A stretch of DNA of 64,000 bases from Syncephalis fuscata S228 (Eukaryota; Fungi; Zoopagomycota), in NCBI GenBank assembly GCA_025786725.1, contig JAHLTZ010000002.1, positions 248,001 through 312,000 of the forward strand, read 5' to 3'. A model generated the notes under the pieces. The model saw only the letters and a program-made list of their open reading frames with translations. It was not told where the DNA came from and searched no databases. Shown in pieces: positions 26,352-40,595 of the stretch (the first letter of the stretch is position 1; every line of letters begins with the position of its first letter). Both the position numbers and the translations under genes were made by a program.

Positions 26352-28396
26352 ATGGTGGATGCAGCAGAGCTAAGTAATCATTTATCTGTACAGTCGGCGC
26401 ATTGGCACTCTCGCCGATCAGGCAATCGGACAAAAGGCCAATTAACTTATGGCGCCTCTTCAGCCTCGGCTTCCCTGCCGTCCTCTCCCCAGTTAAGGCC
26501 ACAAGAAACATTGTTACATGATTGTGTACCGTCTAAGCGCTTATCCTATAGCCATAGTGAACAATCATCTGCATTTCTACCTCGAAAGCTATGGCAACGT
26601 TCACCAACAACTGGCGCTACTTCTACATCATCAGGCATGATGGAAGACACAGTAATGTCCAACACTAGTGTGTTGGCAACTTCTATAGATTCAGCCAGCA
26701 CCACCACTACCACCGTTGTCGATATAGCCGCACCAAATGGCCGTAGCCGAAGGCGATCCATATTAAAATCATTGTTTTCCTCAGCAAACAATACAACTTC
26801 TTCATTAGCATCCAGTTCAGCTGGTACCTCCGGTAATAGCAATGGATCACACACACCGAATAGTATGCAACATGGCATTATCCCACTACGTAACCTTGGT
26901 CTACATCAAGGTGCAGCCACTGGCAATGTTGGATTAGTAAAATTTGCATTGGAATTGGGCCAGCCAGTCAATTCAGTTCTTAATGGTGTACTCCCTATTC
27001 ATGTAGCTTGTTGTAGCAATTCAGTGCAAACAGTTCAGATGTTACTAGATCATGGTGCCGATGTGAATGCACGCAGGTAATTAACAGAGCTTTATTACTG
27101 GAATATGACAATTAACAAAATGTGTATATATTCAGATATCCGCGAAAGTATAGTGGCGATCGTGTCATATTACCAGCCAAGGTTAACGCTAATGGCAGTA
27201 CTGCACTGCATTTTGCCGCTGCCAATGGGAATTTAGCGATTGTTAAACTGCTATTAAGCAGAAACGCCAACTGGAATTTACGCGATGGGTCTGGCCAAAC
27301 ACCGTTGACAGCTGCTCTATTACGTGGACATCCACATGTTGTCAAATTGATTCGTGCTTTTGAACAAGAAGGAGAATATGCGCTAGTAGATACATCTGAC
27401 AGTCCTCAAATACTACCGCCCACTATTACTATATTAACACGAAATAGCTATTCTTTAAACGCTAATCTGACGTCAGGTGGTTCGTTGGCTACAAATGAGT
27501 ATGAAACAATGAGTTTACACAGTAAATGTCCACCTATTTCTGAAGATGAAGTTGAGGAGATTATCGCCCATCCTCCAATAACACCACTACCAAGAAGTTC
27601 AAGCCTTCGCTCGACAAATGAATCGCTGGGCACTTCATTATCAACATACTCAACGGCCGATACACATAGCTCTGTAAAAAATACCCAACAACAAGCTGAA
27701 AAGCCTTTAGCAGGCGATAACAAATCTCCTAGTCTGGCAGCTCGTTTCTTAATCGGTACATTAGCTGCTGGTTTTGGCAAAACAATGCGTCGTTGGTCAG
27801 TACCTAATGGCGAAATAGGCGTTGCATCCAGCCCAACATCAACCAATGAAACCGATCTTAGTACGACACCATCACCTCATTCTACGCATCAGCACTTGTC
27901 GCAATGGAACAAAGAAGAAACACAATCCGGCCTACTAAGCGTGCTAAATGCTAGCACGAATAATCGTGAAAATAATGTGTCCCATGCCGCTGATGCCCCT
28001 GATATTAGATTAACTCAATCTATGCCACCCTCGCCTACTACAATCAAAATGCCACTATCAACGCTGGGACGTCGATCTGACACTGACCCGACACCCGACA
28101 GACCAGTAACACCAAAACGTATTCCATCAAAACTATCAAATTCTATGCTGGCGTCTGCTATGCAATCCGCCGCAGACAAGGAGAATTTGGCAAGCGATGC
28201 TGCATCTTTATCTCTCTCTACGGATGCAAAAAGCATAATGTCGGGCGCATCAATTTGTTCCTCAAACTCTGGCCTGACACCAGGATGGCGACAACGATTC
28301 AGCACAACAGTACTTCAAAGTCGTCGTCGTTCAGATACAGACCCATCGGAAACACGACGCTCGCTGCTACCAGGCCTGCTCTTCCGTCGTTATTAA
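26352..28396 (+). CDS. Ankyrin-repeat protein with long Ser/Thr-rich disordered termini
   Basis: LHQGAATGNVGLVKFAL, PIHVAC...LLDHGADVNA, TALHFAAANGN, TPLTAA repeats; intron 27077-27135. Confidence 0.88.
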
Positions 28397-28851
28397 CCAT
28401 GAAAATCTACATTATTGTACATATGTTTTACTTGTGCTGTTGTCAACTGTAGATAGTTGCAATTTTTCTTGACTCAAATAACGTCTACTTTTATTGCTTT
28501 TTTTCGTTATGTTCTCATTGCTTTATTATTTTGTGCTTCTACAATTACACTCTTCCTTTGCGTGTGTTATCAGAATCAATTAGTTGCGCTGCTGTTTATA
28601 TTCGTGATTACTACCCGTCTTGTAGTATTTTTGCATTTTATTATGCTTAACAACATATATCTATGACAGTATTATATTTACAAATATCCAATATATAAAT
28701 AAAACATTTTAATGGATTATTATGTCTATATAATGTACATCTAGCTAATCAATAATTGACAAGCAGACAACTAATGGAACATATTGCACAGTTGCACTAA
28801 TTGAACATAACATGAATTTATTTGAGTAACCATTGGTAATTTGTAGATCCG

Positions 28852-29992
28852 CTATTTTTCAGTTTTATCCAATAGCATTGCATCGAGTGTATTTGCAAAT
28901 TGCTTTAATAGTCCATGATCCAATATAGACATATCTGGAGGACTAAGCAATTTACTAAAAGAATCCCAGTTGTATTTACGATTATCATAATCCTTAAGGT
29001 GGTATACTATTGCAATTCTTGTGTTATAAGGAACAAGGTAAAAGCTATTTGTCATAACAAACTCATTTGTTTCCTTAATTTTGATTAGTTCTTTTCCTAC
29101 TGGAATAGCATTATTGAAGTTGATAAAACATGGCTTGTATTCGCCATTTTCGCTTTCAGAATGCAAATATCTAGTAATGTCATTAATATAAGCATCGGCA
29201 ATAAATGTATACTTGCTGTCAAAATCCATATGAGCATACCATCCCGCCTCTTTTATAGCCTTTAAGCCTAGTAGCAATTTAATATACAACATATAAATAA
29301 TAAAAAGCTGTACCTAATCCGATATTCTGCCATAAAGATTTTACATGCTGTTCAGTGCTAGAATTAATTCAAGTTAGAATGTCATATGCTATGTCAAACT
29401 AATATTGTTGCGTTTTCATACCCGTAGAATGAATCAGCAAATCGTTTATATGTCTGTTCACATTGGCCTGGTATGATATAGCATCTATTTCCAGAAATGT
29501 AAAGCTGCTTTCAGGTACAGGAACCGAAAACTTATCACTTTTAAATAATGGAGAATGTGCCATTAAATCCTATGATGACAATGCTTGTTAGTCCTTGCCT
29601 ATCTACTGCCAAATAAAACGTGCCTTGTATACTTGAAAAGCATTATTGCTTGGACTTGAATATGTTCCACATGCAAGTGTAATAGGCTGGCTATGCTGCG
29701 TCCCTTTGATATAGTGAACACCATCAACTTTGTATGGGGGTTTCGTAAAATGGATACCATGTATGGTAAATGGGCTCTTTGGATCGTTGTTTTCAAAACC
29801 CATAAATTCTACATAAAAGTAAGTTTAGCAAATAGCATAGATAGTATGTAGTAGACATTTACTGATGGGCTCAGGTTCAGGCTTGGATTTAGATGTAGAT
29901 TTGGATAAACCTGGCATGCCATTAACAGGAGCAACTTGGGCAATTGATACTAGCATGAGTGCAGTAACAGTGGCAGCAATAATTGATTTCAT
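28852..29992 (-). CDS. Secreted kinase-like protein, copy B (inverted paralog of 9754-10896)
   Basis: Near-identical to copy A over about 1 kb (identical ORFs 9943-10143 and 29603-29803); divergent final approximately 70 aa. Confidence 0.6.
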
Positions 29993-32137
29993 TGTAAATA
30001 TGGCTATGTCAAGATTTAATTGTTGAATAAAAGGCGTATTTTCATTAAACTAGTATGTAAAAAAGTATGATGTGATGGTTGAACACATTCAAATTTACAT
30101 TTCCGAGTAAGAAACTGCAAAAAGGGCGCATGGAATCAACCAAAAGCAACAATCTCTGATATTCCAATATGGAATTTGAAATATAAATGCTTTAAAGCAG
30201 TATTTCCATTTTTATTTATAGATATTGAATAGTACAGAACGGACAACACGTGGCTTATTGTACCAATATCATGTTTTGCATAGTTGTTATTTTTCAAACA
30301 TAGACATCAAAAGAAAGCAGACATATTTATTTGAGCAATGCTAAAAATGAGACATTTTTTATTGCTATTGGCCAGAAATCAAATAAAAATGCTAAAAGTT
30401 TGAATGCACATTTTAATATACTTTGTAATTGATCTGCAATTGTGTAGTTTTCTAAAACAAAACAAATCATTGTTATTGGTGAAACTAGCACTTTAGTTTA
30501 AATATCATAATAGACATGAGTGTAAGTATACTTGCATAAATGTTATAACATTAAAACAAACTGGTAACAAATCACGCAACAAATAAGTACAGTGAGTAAA
30601 ATGACATGAATCAATGGTCCATTGTTTAGCTATCAATTCAACCATATAGCCAAGTTTCTATCTAGATGTAATGTTGTGTTTGCTATTTTAAAACAAATAG
30701 GCTGTGACGCTGCTTTAGATTTCAAACTTTATTACCAATGTTATTTCGGTTGAACTATTGAAATTGATGCCGTATAAGCAAATTCTATACAAAATGGCTG
30801 ACTATGAATATATAGGGCTGGCATTGGACTACTATGTGTATATCATCACTTCTAGTAGTACATAATGCATCCTCGCGTTAATAGTATTATCCTGATATCT
30901 AACACAGCTGTCTTTATTGCGCAATATGACATTAATGTTTTATCTCAATGATTTATTTGCTTTTTGTTATTTATTTTAAACATTTTAGATTGTTATAATA
31001 TCTTCTCTCGGATATCATAGCAGTTGTATCCTATGTTGAATTATAAAGATAAGAGCATATGACAGAAATATTTGGGGAATAATCACATGTAAATATAAAT
31101 AGTTATACCAATTGCTTAAATTATTATAAATATTTGAGTAGAACAAGTATCAGTATCAAATTTTTATTGTTAGTAATGAAGCAAGTTAGTCACTATTATT
31201 TATTATTTTCAAGTGTAGTATTGACATTGTGTATTTTATAATAGCAACCAACAAATGCACCAAACAATTTAGATAATTTTGGCGATAACAACGTATCAGA
31301 TTTAAAACTAAAGTAATTATTTCTCAAATCCGGTTATTGGGCAGAGGGCCATGGCATACAGACTAGATTGACAATACTGCCGTCGATAATTGTGGTCAAC
31401 TATACAGTAACAGCTTTCTAGCAAATTCAACTGTCGAGCACCCGATACTACAGCTTGAATTGACTGTAGGTTATTACAGTTTTAATTTTGGCTAAGTGGC
31501 ATATGACTGTTTATCCACAAGAAGATGCACGTATCGAGGGATTACGATTTTTAAAGGCTTGGCTCGGCTCTGATGATTTTCATCGTCAAGTAGTTATACA
31601 GATTCAATACTTAGGCCGAGTCGACAGCATTGAGGTATCACACAATAAACTTTAGTTATTTACCTTGCCATTATATTTGCGCATGGATATCAGTACTCAA
31701 CAAACGGTTATTTAGCGCTACCCAATTAATCAAGAAACAAATTATATGGCCGGTAATTTAAAAATTATCACCAACTTTGGCAGTCTTGATAACACTGCCT
31801 CGGCTGAGACATCAGCTATACAAGCAGAAATAGCAAGCAATCTATATGTAACTCAATTTGGCAGCGGTGGGGGTGGACAAAACTGCGCCGGATGGCTGAT
31901 TACTGGCTCGCATACGCACGTTGTTTGCATGACCTACAAACTTGGAATTTGGTGGTCCTGATGGCAAAACGCTGTTTATCACTGGTCGTAGAACTGAAGC
32001 AGCTGGTAATAGTACTTTGATTAAATGAATAATATTGAAATATTAAATCCAGGAGATGTCTAGTCTGAATTGCAATAAAATCTTAATTAGCTAGTATTGC
32101 ATAAACTAGTATTACAAATTCTAGCAATATGAGCATC

Positions 32138-32262
32138 AAATGGAAATAATATAGATGGATAGAAGATATATACATACTGAATAATAAATCTACAATGATG
32201 AGTATTTTGATGACTAATCTCACCCATTGTCCATCACCATGTTCAATAGAAAAAGTTTTAGT
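32138..32262 (+). repeat. Partial copy of the foldback element arm
   Basis: AATCTACAATG...TGATGACTAAT...CATGTTCAATAGA matches about 23998-24110. Confidence 0.7.
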
Positions 32263-32521
32263 TTAATAAAGCAATAATAATAATAGTAAAATCTACAATT
32301 AAACAGTACTTTATTCATCAATAAACCAGTATAACAATTATGGAGATATATTGGTGTTTGGTTACTTCATAGGCATGGCCGTGTAACATGCCCTTTTAAA
32401 TATCTAATGTTAATGCAAATTTTCATATCGATTTATTCTGCTTCTATCGCTTAGTCATTTATTATTGTAACAACAGCGAGCAACATACACTTTTGATTTA
32501 CTGTACTCACATTTAACACCA

Positions 32522-34391
32522 ATGTCTCTTCTATCTTACGAAGAACCGGTAGCTCCGGGAACAAACAGCGAATCTGTGCCAACAATTACCGTTAAACAAG
32601 CTACACCTCTTCCAAAACGGCAGCTAATAGTTGTTTTTTGTGCTCGTTTGGGTGAACCAATATCGTTTACTGTTATATTTCCATTTGTCTATTTTGTAAG
32701 TGCAATTTTTACGGCTTGTTAATATACTAACGCACCCGTTCAATGTATTAGATGGTAGATATCTCATAGTTGTAAAATATCTAAACACTTACTCTATGTT
32801 AGATTAAAGACTTTCATATTAGTGATGATTTAAAGGAAATTGGTTACTACGCTGGCTTTCTAACATCTTCTTTTGCAGTCGCTCAGTTTTTCTGTAGTAA
32901 ATATTATATATCTATAAACACATTGTACGGCTAAATAGTTGACTATTTACTAATTAATAGATTTACCATGGGGCTATTTGTCGGACCGAATAGGCCGCCG
33001 ACCCGTTATTCTAGCTGGATTGTTAGGCACCACTATTTGTTCAATATTATTTGGTCTAAGTAAATCGTTCCTATGGGCTCTTGTTACCCGCAGCATGAGC
33101 GGCTTGTTAAACGGCAATGCTGGCGCTATGCAAAGTCTTTTGGGCGAGATTACCGACGAGACAAATCAAGGTAGTGTTTACAGTGATTGTAAGCAATTAC
33201 ATAACCATTTGCTATCTAGCACGTGCGTTTACTCTTGTTCCAATGAGCTGGGGCATTGGATGTTTTGTTGGACCGATTATTGGAGGGCTATTGTCGAATC
33301 CGGTTGATAAGTATCCAGCGTTATTTGGCGACAATGCTTTTCTACGTGAATATCCATTCTTCTTACCTTGTGCGGTGTGCGCATGTATGACATTTGCCGG
33401 TTTTATTTGGTCATTTTTCTGTTTGGAAGAAACCTTGAATCGTAATATCGGTCAAAATAACCCAACCGAGTCGGATAAAGTGGTGGTCAACAGCAGTGCT
33501 AATGAATCTAGTCCATTACTCGGTACAGTCCATAATCTAACGTATACTGATACTGGCACTGGTGAACATTCTGCTAATCAAGAAAGTTTGCTAACAATAT
33601 CACAGCAAACAGCAATTGTACAAACGCTAAATGAAGATTCGGTCATCGTATATCCAACGGAGCAAGCCAGTTTTATTCCACTTAATTCTTGGATGCCGAT
33701 AATTGCCGGTAGTTCACTTGCTTTCCAAGCAATTGTTTTTGAAGAAATTTTTCCCATATGGGCTGCCACTCCTATCATCTTTAATGGTCTTTCATTGGCA
33801 GCAAATGAGATTGGAACGATACTTTCCATTGCTGGCGCTTATATGCTCATCATACAGCTATTTGTCTTTCCTTTTTTAGAAAAAAAACTTGGTGCGCATC
33901 GACTATTTGGTATTGCAATGATCTGCTACACGCCAGCTCTGTTTATATTTCCTTGGATATCACAGCTGGCTGGAGCACCTGGTGATGAAACTACGCCACG
34001 TCTACTAATGTGGACATGCTTATATCTAATTTTAGGCTGGCAGATTACATGCAACACTATTAGCTTTACAGCCTGGAGTTTAGTAGTATGTGCTATATCC
34101 GCTTAATTAACATATTTTAATTATTTATTCAAATAGTTATTGGTAACAGCGCGAGACAGCGGCGCACTCGGGACGGTAAATGGCGTTGGAGTGGCCATGC
34201 AATCGTTGGCTCGTGCTATTGGGCCAGCACTTGGTGGCGCGGTATGGAGCTGGTCGTTGCAGCATGGACTACACTATCCATTTAACTATACGCTGGTCTG
34301 GAATATAATAGGATGTTCCTGTTTTATTACAGCACTTGCAGTGTTCCGTATAAAATCAAAAAGGTCAACAGCGACAACAACACAGCCATAG
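32522..34391 (+). CDS. MFS transporter (ZIF1/YCR023C-like drug:H+ antiporter type), multi-exon
   Basis: TPLPKRQL, IFPFVYF, motif A WGYLSDRIGRRPVIL, GLLNGN, GPIIGGLL, LGTVNG; multiple TM segments. Confidence 0.9.
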
Positions 34392-35051
34392 CAACACTAA
34401 TAGATTGTCCAATTTGCTTAAAACACTGGTTTGTTAATAAACAGTTGCATTTTTATTATTATCATGCTAGCTAGACAGCATGAATAAATGATCAGCTGTT
34501 CTATAATGTATAGTGATATCCCAGGAATAATTCACAATAAAATAAATGTAACTCAGTAGATGGAATGAATAAAGTATGCTAAATCGATAAGGAATAGAAT
34601 ATAGCCAATATGTCATAAAAATATATGTAGTAATAGGAGTATACACTGGGAATGGCATATGTCGATAGAGTATATGTTTTGCGTGATAAGCAACAGGGGC
34701 CCATCAGATGTTTATTAGTGTAATAGCATTAACAGAGATAAATAATACAGCTAATTGAATACGTCATTGGCATTGTTACTAAAATAGATGGTGTTGCAAA
34801 GTTGTATAGGATGTAGTTAACTGTAGCATGCTAGTGTTTTAATACAAATTAAATTACAATAGTGTTATATGTATAGAAAGTTGCAAATATATTGACCATC
34901 GCAACTAAAATGCACAGATTGTTATACGACAATAGCGCTTCTGCATTAACTGGCTTTCAATTATCTCAATAAACTACTCGTTAAATATTAATTGCATAAC
35001 CATAGTAGTAACATGTAACTGCTAACACAACAGCTGATGCTCAGTTTATAA

Positions 35052-35714
35052 TTACATAAAATTTTGTTGCGACCTAAACAGACCGTACATACACAACGCT
35101 ATGACGGCAAACCAGTCAAGGATCCATCCAGCTGTTGCCATGTAGAAACCAGAGCCAAAACTAGTACCGAAGTAAAATCGTGCCGACATTTCTCGTAAAT
35201 AATGAATAATCCCCGTTGCAAACATGTAACAAAGTGCTATTATAACAATAAATACATGTTGTCAATCGCTTTGTAGCAACCTACCGTGTGCTGCAAATAA
35301 AGCAGTAATTGATTTCCAGGCGCGTTGTTGACGAGCGCGCGAAGTTGCGCACAAAACGCCAAATATTTCGGCCAGTATAAGTATACCTAAAGCAGCCCCG
35401 GCCATGGCAGCAAAGCGAGCGGCCCTCCAGCAGCCGCAGAAATTGAACTTGTATCCTAGAACTGGTCCACTACTACTGCCGCTGCTGTCCAATTGAAGAA
35501 CGTCATCCTCATCGCAATCTCCTTGCGATTCCTGTGGAAAGGCTCGACAGTTGCCAAATGCACTGCAGCTCACCCCAAGTCCATAGGTTACTTCAAGGCC
35601 AAACGGTGCTGGTGCCGATACTATAAGCCAGCGCAGATCGAAAAGAGAGGTCAATGTAAGTCCATAGACCAATAGAAAGTAGAAGGCAGTAGTAACATAT
35701 ACGATTTGGAACAT
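35052..35714 (-). CDS. Claudin/SUR7-PalI-like four-TM membrane protein
   Basis: W...YGL..C.....C extracellular motif and four hydrophobic segments; intron 35237-35284 extends the ORF to a stop at 35052. Confidence 0.65.
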
Positions 35715-37242
35715 TATAATAAACGGTAGCTGTTGTACTGTATGTCAAATGATGATCTACAACGGTTACTATATGAGTTAAAATGAGTAAAATAGAACAA
35801 GGAGCAATATATAGTTGTTGAGTAAAACTAGACACAGTCCCATTTATTAACTAGGTATTGTTCGCACTTGAGCATCACAATTATGGCATTGTAAATATGA
35901 AGAAACAAGCACATACATTTGGCTATTGCAAAATAATTGCGTAATTCATATCCAATTATATCAAAACATAACAACGTATTACTGCAGTTTCAATTGGTCT
36001 AGTTCTTATCAAGGCCATCATTCCTGACATTCAAAATATTGGTAAGTTTGTAAAAGTTTTTCCGTCAATTTTAAAATACATTGAATCGCCTTATCCAATA
36101 AAGTATCATTTAGAAGCATTGCCCCTTTTTTGATATCCACTTTGATTCATGTTGCATTGTGAATAATAAAGATTGAAATATACATTGTGATGCGATTAAC
36201 GTTGTTAAAGCTTCACATACTACTGTATGCCTAATTATTGCTATGACTACAATGGAAAAACCAAGTTTTGATAACTATTTTCTCTAGTTTGCTATTAGTT
36301 AGAATGGTATAAAATAGCAAAGCTAGTAAGTAAATATTAGCAGCAAATACTACTACAAATAGCAATGACGCACGTGCTGCATTACTATCACATGTTTATA
36401 CTGCGCTATTGCTTGCTTCTAGCTTGCTGTGTTATCCAGCATAAACATCAAATACAAAGATGGCAATAGGTGTTTGCGACATGAGTATACCTGCCTCGTA
36501 TGCTGATTTCCTCGCTATATTTGCTTAAATAAACGAGACAAACATGGTTACAAGTGCCCCAATGAGATTTCCATTAGATAACAGAAACATCATGATTGGC
36601 TGGGCATTGTAAATTGTTTAATAGTAGCGGAGAGTATTGCCGCCTCTGTACCACGATGCAATCTCTAGACCAACTGACATTGGGCATGTGAATCTACAAA
36701 TAAATATCGGTAGTACCCGAATTGTAGCATTGACTTCGTTTCTAAATTCGCCTGAATTGTTTTTGTGTTTAATTTCTTTTATTTTCATTATTATCCGGGC
36801 AATTGCGGAGTAGTATCGACGCCTTACCTGTTGATGTGTTATATATTAATTGATCCCTGACAATTAATACGCATCCATTGCCATCATATTTTATTGGATA
36901 CACGTATACGAATATTCTTTTATTGCCATCGATTAAGGAACTAGCTGTAAGTAGAAGTTTATGCTGTGGCATCATGTGACAGTAAATAGGCGCCCATGCA
37001 CGTACAGAAAGGTTATAATTCAATAAGATGCATGTTGAGATGTACGTTTTGCATCAAATATACGTATTCTTGCCCCCTGCTTTTTATTTAATATTTATTA
37101 GAACTAACACGCGCATTTACTTGCCTATTACCATTACCACAGTTGTTCATTATCACTCGTAGTGCAGCAAGGCCTTTGTTTGTTTGTTTGTTCCATTTTT
37201 CTTTTTTACTATAGCGCCACTACCTGGTTTATCGCTATCAAG

Positions 37243-38609
37243 ATGCCACCACTACCACCGGATGCCGGCGTTAATCCTAACGCAATTGCGGCCAACGAAC
37301 AATTGGATGACATATCTGCGGTGTATAAGGCTCCTCTTGAGAGTACTAGCAACTCGTCTGCGTTCCGTACCGCAAAAGAAGCTGAGGCCACTTTTGTGCC
37401 ACCAACATTTACTATCAAAGAACTCCGTGATGCCATACCGGAGCACTGTTTCCAAAGAAATGGCTTCCGTTCGGCCAAGTATATTCTCAAAGATGTAGTG
37501 CTAATTGCTCTATTTGCCACTGGTATCTACCTACTTGATGGCTGGCTTGATGCTCAAGGCGCGCCATTCTTGGTTAAAGCACTTGCATGGTCGGCTTATG
37601 CCTTCATCCAAGGTGTGCCCGGTACTGGTCTTTGGGTCATTGCACACGAATGGTAGGTTACAAATATTTATTATTTACTGTTAAAATAGCATCATTGTTA
37701 ACATTGTATTATATTTACAGTGGACATCAAGCGTTTGCCGAATCGACTACAGCCAATTTTGCAGTCGGTTACATTTTACACACATTTTTGCTTGTGCCAT
37801 TCCATAGCTGGCGTATTTCTCACGCCACACATCACGCCCATACCAACCATATGACAAAGGACCAAGTGTTTGTGCCCAAGACACGTAGTGAAATGGGTCT
37901 TAAACCGCTAGCCAAGCAAGAAGACGAGCACCATGAAGAGTCGATTATTAAGGAGGCACCCATTTATTCGTGCCTAAATGTGATTGGCATGCTGCTAGTC
38001 GGCTGGCCTTTATACGTACTTATCAATGTATCTGGTCAAAAATACGGTCGATGGACATCCCACTTTAATGCAAACTCGGCCATCTTCAAACCAGAACAAC
38101 ACAACCAGGTTAACGCATCAACCTTGGGTGTTGTCGGTGTGCTTGGAGCTCTTACATGGGCCGGTTTCCAATGGGGCTGGAAAGTACCGCTGCTTTACTA
38201 CGGCTTGCCATATCTCTGGGTCAACTTTTGGCTTATTACTATCACTTTCTTGCAACACACCGACCCGGTCTTACCACATTATCGTCCTTCAGAGTGGAAC
38301 TTTGTACGCGGCGCACTCTGCACCATTGACCGTGACTTTGGCTGGATATTGAATGTGCGTCTCCACCATATCCATGATACGCATGTCTGTCATCATTTGT
38401 TCTCGCGCATGCCTCACTACAATGCCGAAGAAGCAACAATGCATATTCGCAAGAAACTCGGCTCTGAGTACTATATCTTTGATCGCACACCCATCTGGCA
38501 GGCACTCTACCGATCGTGGCGTCAGTGCCGCTACGTCGAGGATACTGGCGATGTGCTATTCTTCCGTGGTGTCGAAAAGCCCAACTATACAGCTAAAAAA
38601 CAAGAATAA
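37243..38609 (+). CDS. FAD2: Delta-12 (omega-6) fatty acid desaturase
   Basis: PTFTIKELRDAIPEHCF; His boxes HECGH (split by intron 37653-37720), HATHH, HVCHH. Confidence 0.92.
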
Positions 38610-38964
38610 TTGAAATAAATTATTATTATTATGAATAATTGCTATTTATTTACTATTATTTTAAATATTATATCAAATGGCATTATAATAATAATTGACA
38701 CATTTAAATTGAATAATTAAAATCATAAAACTATTTATATGAATAAATGATTGGTTATGCTACTTAAAACTAGTATTAATGTTATACACCAACATTACAA
38801 TAACTAGTATTTTATAGTCAAGTCTTGTACAGCTTTATTTTGTACTAATTGCAACAATGAAATAAACCAAAGTGACAATTATAATAAATAACATTATTTT
38901 ACATATATACATACTGCCTAAAAGTAAACTAATAATTATTTATTAAGAATAATAACAACGGATT

Positions 38965-40595
38965 TTACTTGCGACGATTCTTTGACTTTGTATCATCGCC
39001 GTCTAATGATTCATGTGATCGTTTACCATTGCTGGATACAATGCTGTTTTGTCTAGATGGTGCTGCTTTGGCCGATTCGGCCGTAGTAAGAATGGTAATA
39101 GATAATGGAACAGCCAGTGCTTTACGAGCATCACTAGGCTCTGTTACAAGTATAACGGAGTGATGACCACCAGCAGCAGCAGTAAGACAGCCACGTCCAT
39201 CAAGTTGTTGTCCGCCTACTGGCTCGGGTACTTCACGATCTTCTTCTTCACCACTGCCCAACTGCATACTATCGCCATATCCCCATGAAAATATCTTGGC
39301 ATCTTCGTCAATGGCCATTGAATGATTGCCACCTGTTGTAACTTTACGAATTGGCCGTTTAAACGACTTGATCTGTTGTGGCCATGGTACAGCCAGTTTG
39401 TGCCTTGAAATATCCTCTGTTTGATCGCCTCGCTCTTTGACCAGCTTATCATTAAGCTGGCGTACCTCTTCCAATGGAATACCAAGCTGACCAGAATCGC
39501 CACGACCCCATGTCCAAACATCACCATTCTCAAGCAAAGCAACTGTATGATGTTCACCTCCTTTGATCTGTACAACTGGCGACATACCAGGTGCTGACAT
39601 CGCTCGTACCTTGGTGGGTTGCGGTATTTCCATCTCAAATCCGCCGTCTTCTGGTGCTACACCTGTCTGGCTGTAGTTATTCAATCCCCATGCATACAAT
39701 GTACCGTCGTGCGTATATGCGAATGAACAAAATGATCCAGCGCCAATAATCTTTGTACCAGGTAGCCATAGCTCACGCGGAATGGTAGCTTGTGTTTCAC
39801 GACGTTCAAGAACACGTCGGCCTAGTTGTGCCTGTTCGCCACTACCCCATTGGAATATTACACCCGAGTTGGAGAGTGCAAGAACGTGGTCCACACCACA
39901 AGCAATATCAACGATAATGAAGCCAACCAAGGCACGCTCTACCGTCAATTGCTTTTGAACATCAGTATTTGGATCAAAGCCTAAACTACCGCGTGAGTTC
40001 TATCATAATCATCAGTAAGTGAATCAGTAGGTTTAAACAATCAACTTACTCTGAATGTACCACAGGTATAAACAGTGCCATTCTCGCTAAGTGCCACCGT
40101 CATCGAGTCGGCACAGGCAACTTTAACAAAGCGAACATTTTCGTCCTCAGGTACCATTTTGGTTGGAATATATCCTTCGTCTTCAGACGAGGAACGACCA
40201 AGAGCAAACTGATCATTACAGCCCCAACTCCATAGCTGGCCTTTGTTATCCAGTATAACAGTATGCATACCGCCAGCTGCAACATCCACTACGCTGACAT
40301 CTTCTTCAAGTAGCGTCTTGACCTTGGCAGGGAATTTACGTAATTGGATATCTTCACCCAAACCAAGCTGTCCTGCATCACCTGTACCAAATACAAGCAC
40401 ATTGCCCGTCTCGGTGGATCGTTGCATGGACGGAAGGTAGGAAACAAGACCTTTATGAGCACTGACGCGACGAATCTCTTCAACCTTTTTTTCTGTAGTA
40501 AGATCGTTGTTTTTCCATACTCGCGAGGCGTTCTTTGAGTAAAGATTACGCACAACAGCTAGAGGCTTGGCTGCATTGGGTTTTGGAGCTGCCAT
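38965..40595 (-). CDS. RCC1: RCC1 / Ran guanine nucleotide exchange factor (Pim1/Srm1-like)
   Basis: RCC1 repeats (VFGTGDAGQLGLG, VAAGGMHT, WGCNDQFALGR, WGSGEQAQLGR, WGLNNYSQTG); intron 40000-40049. Confidence 0.88.
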
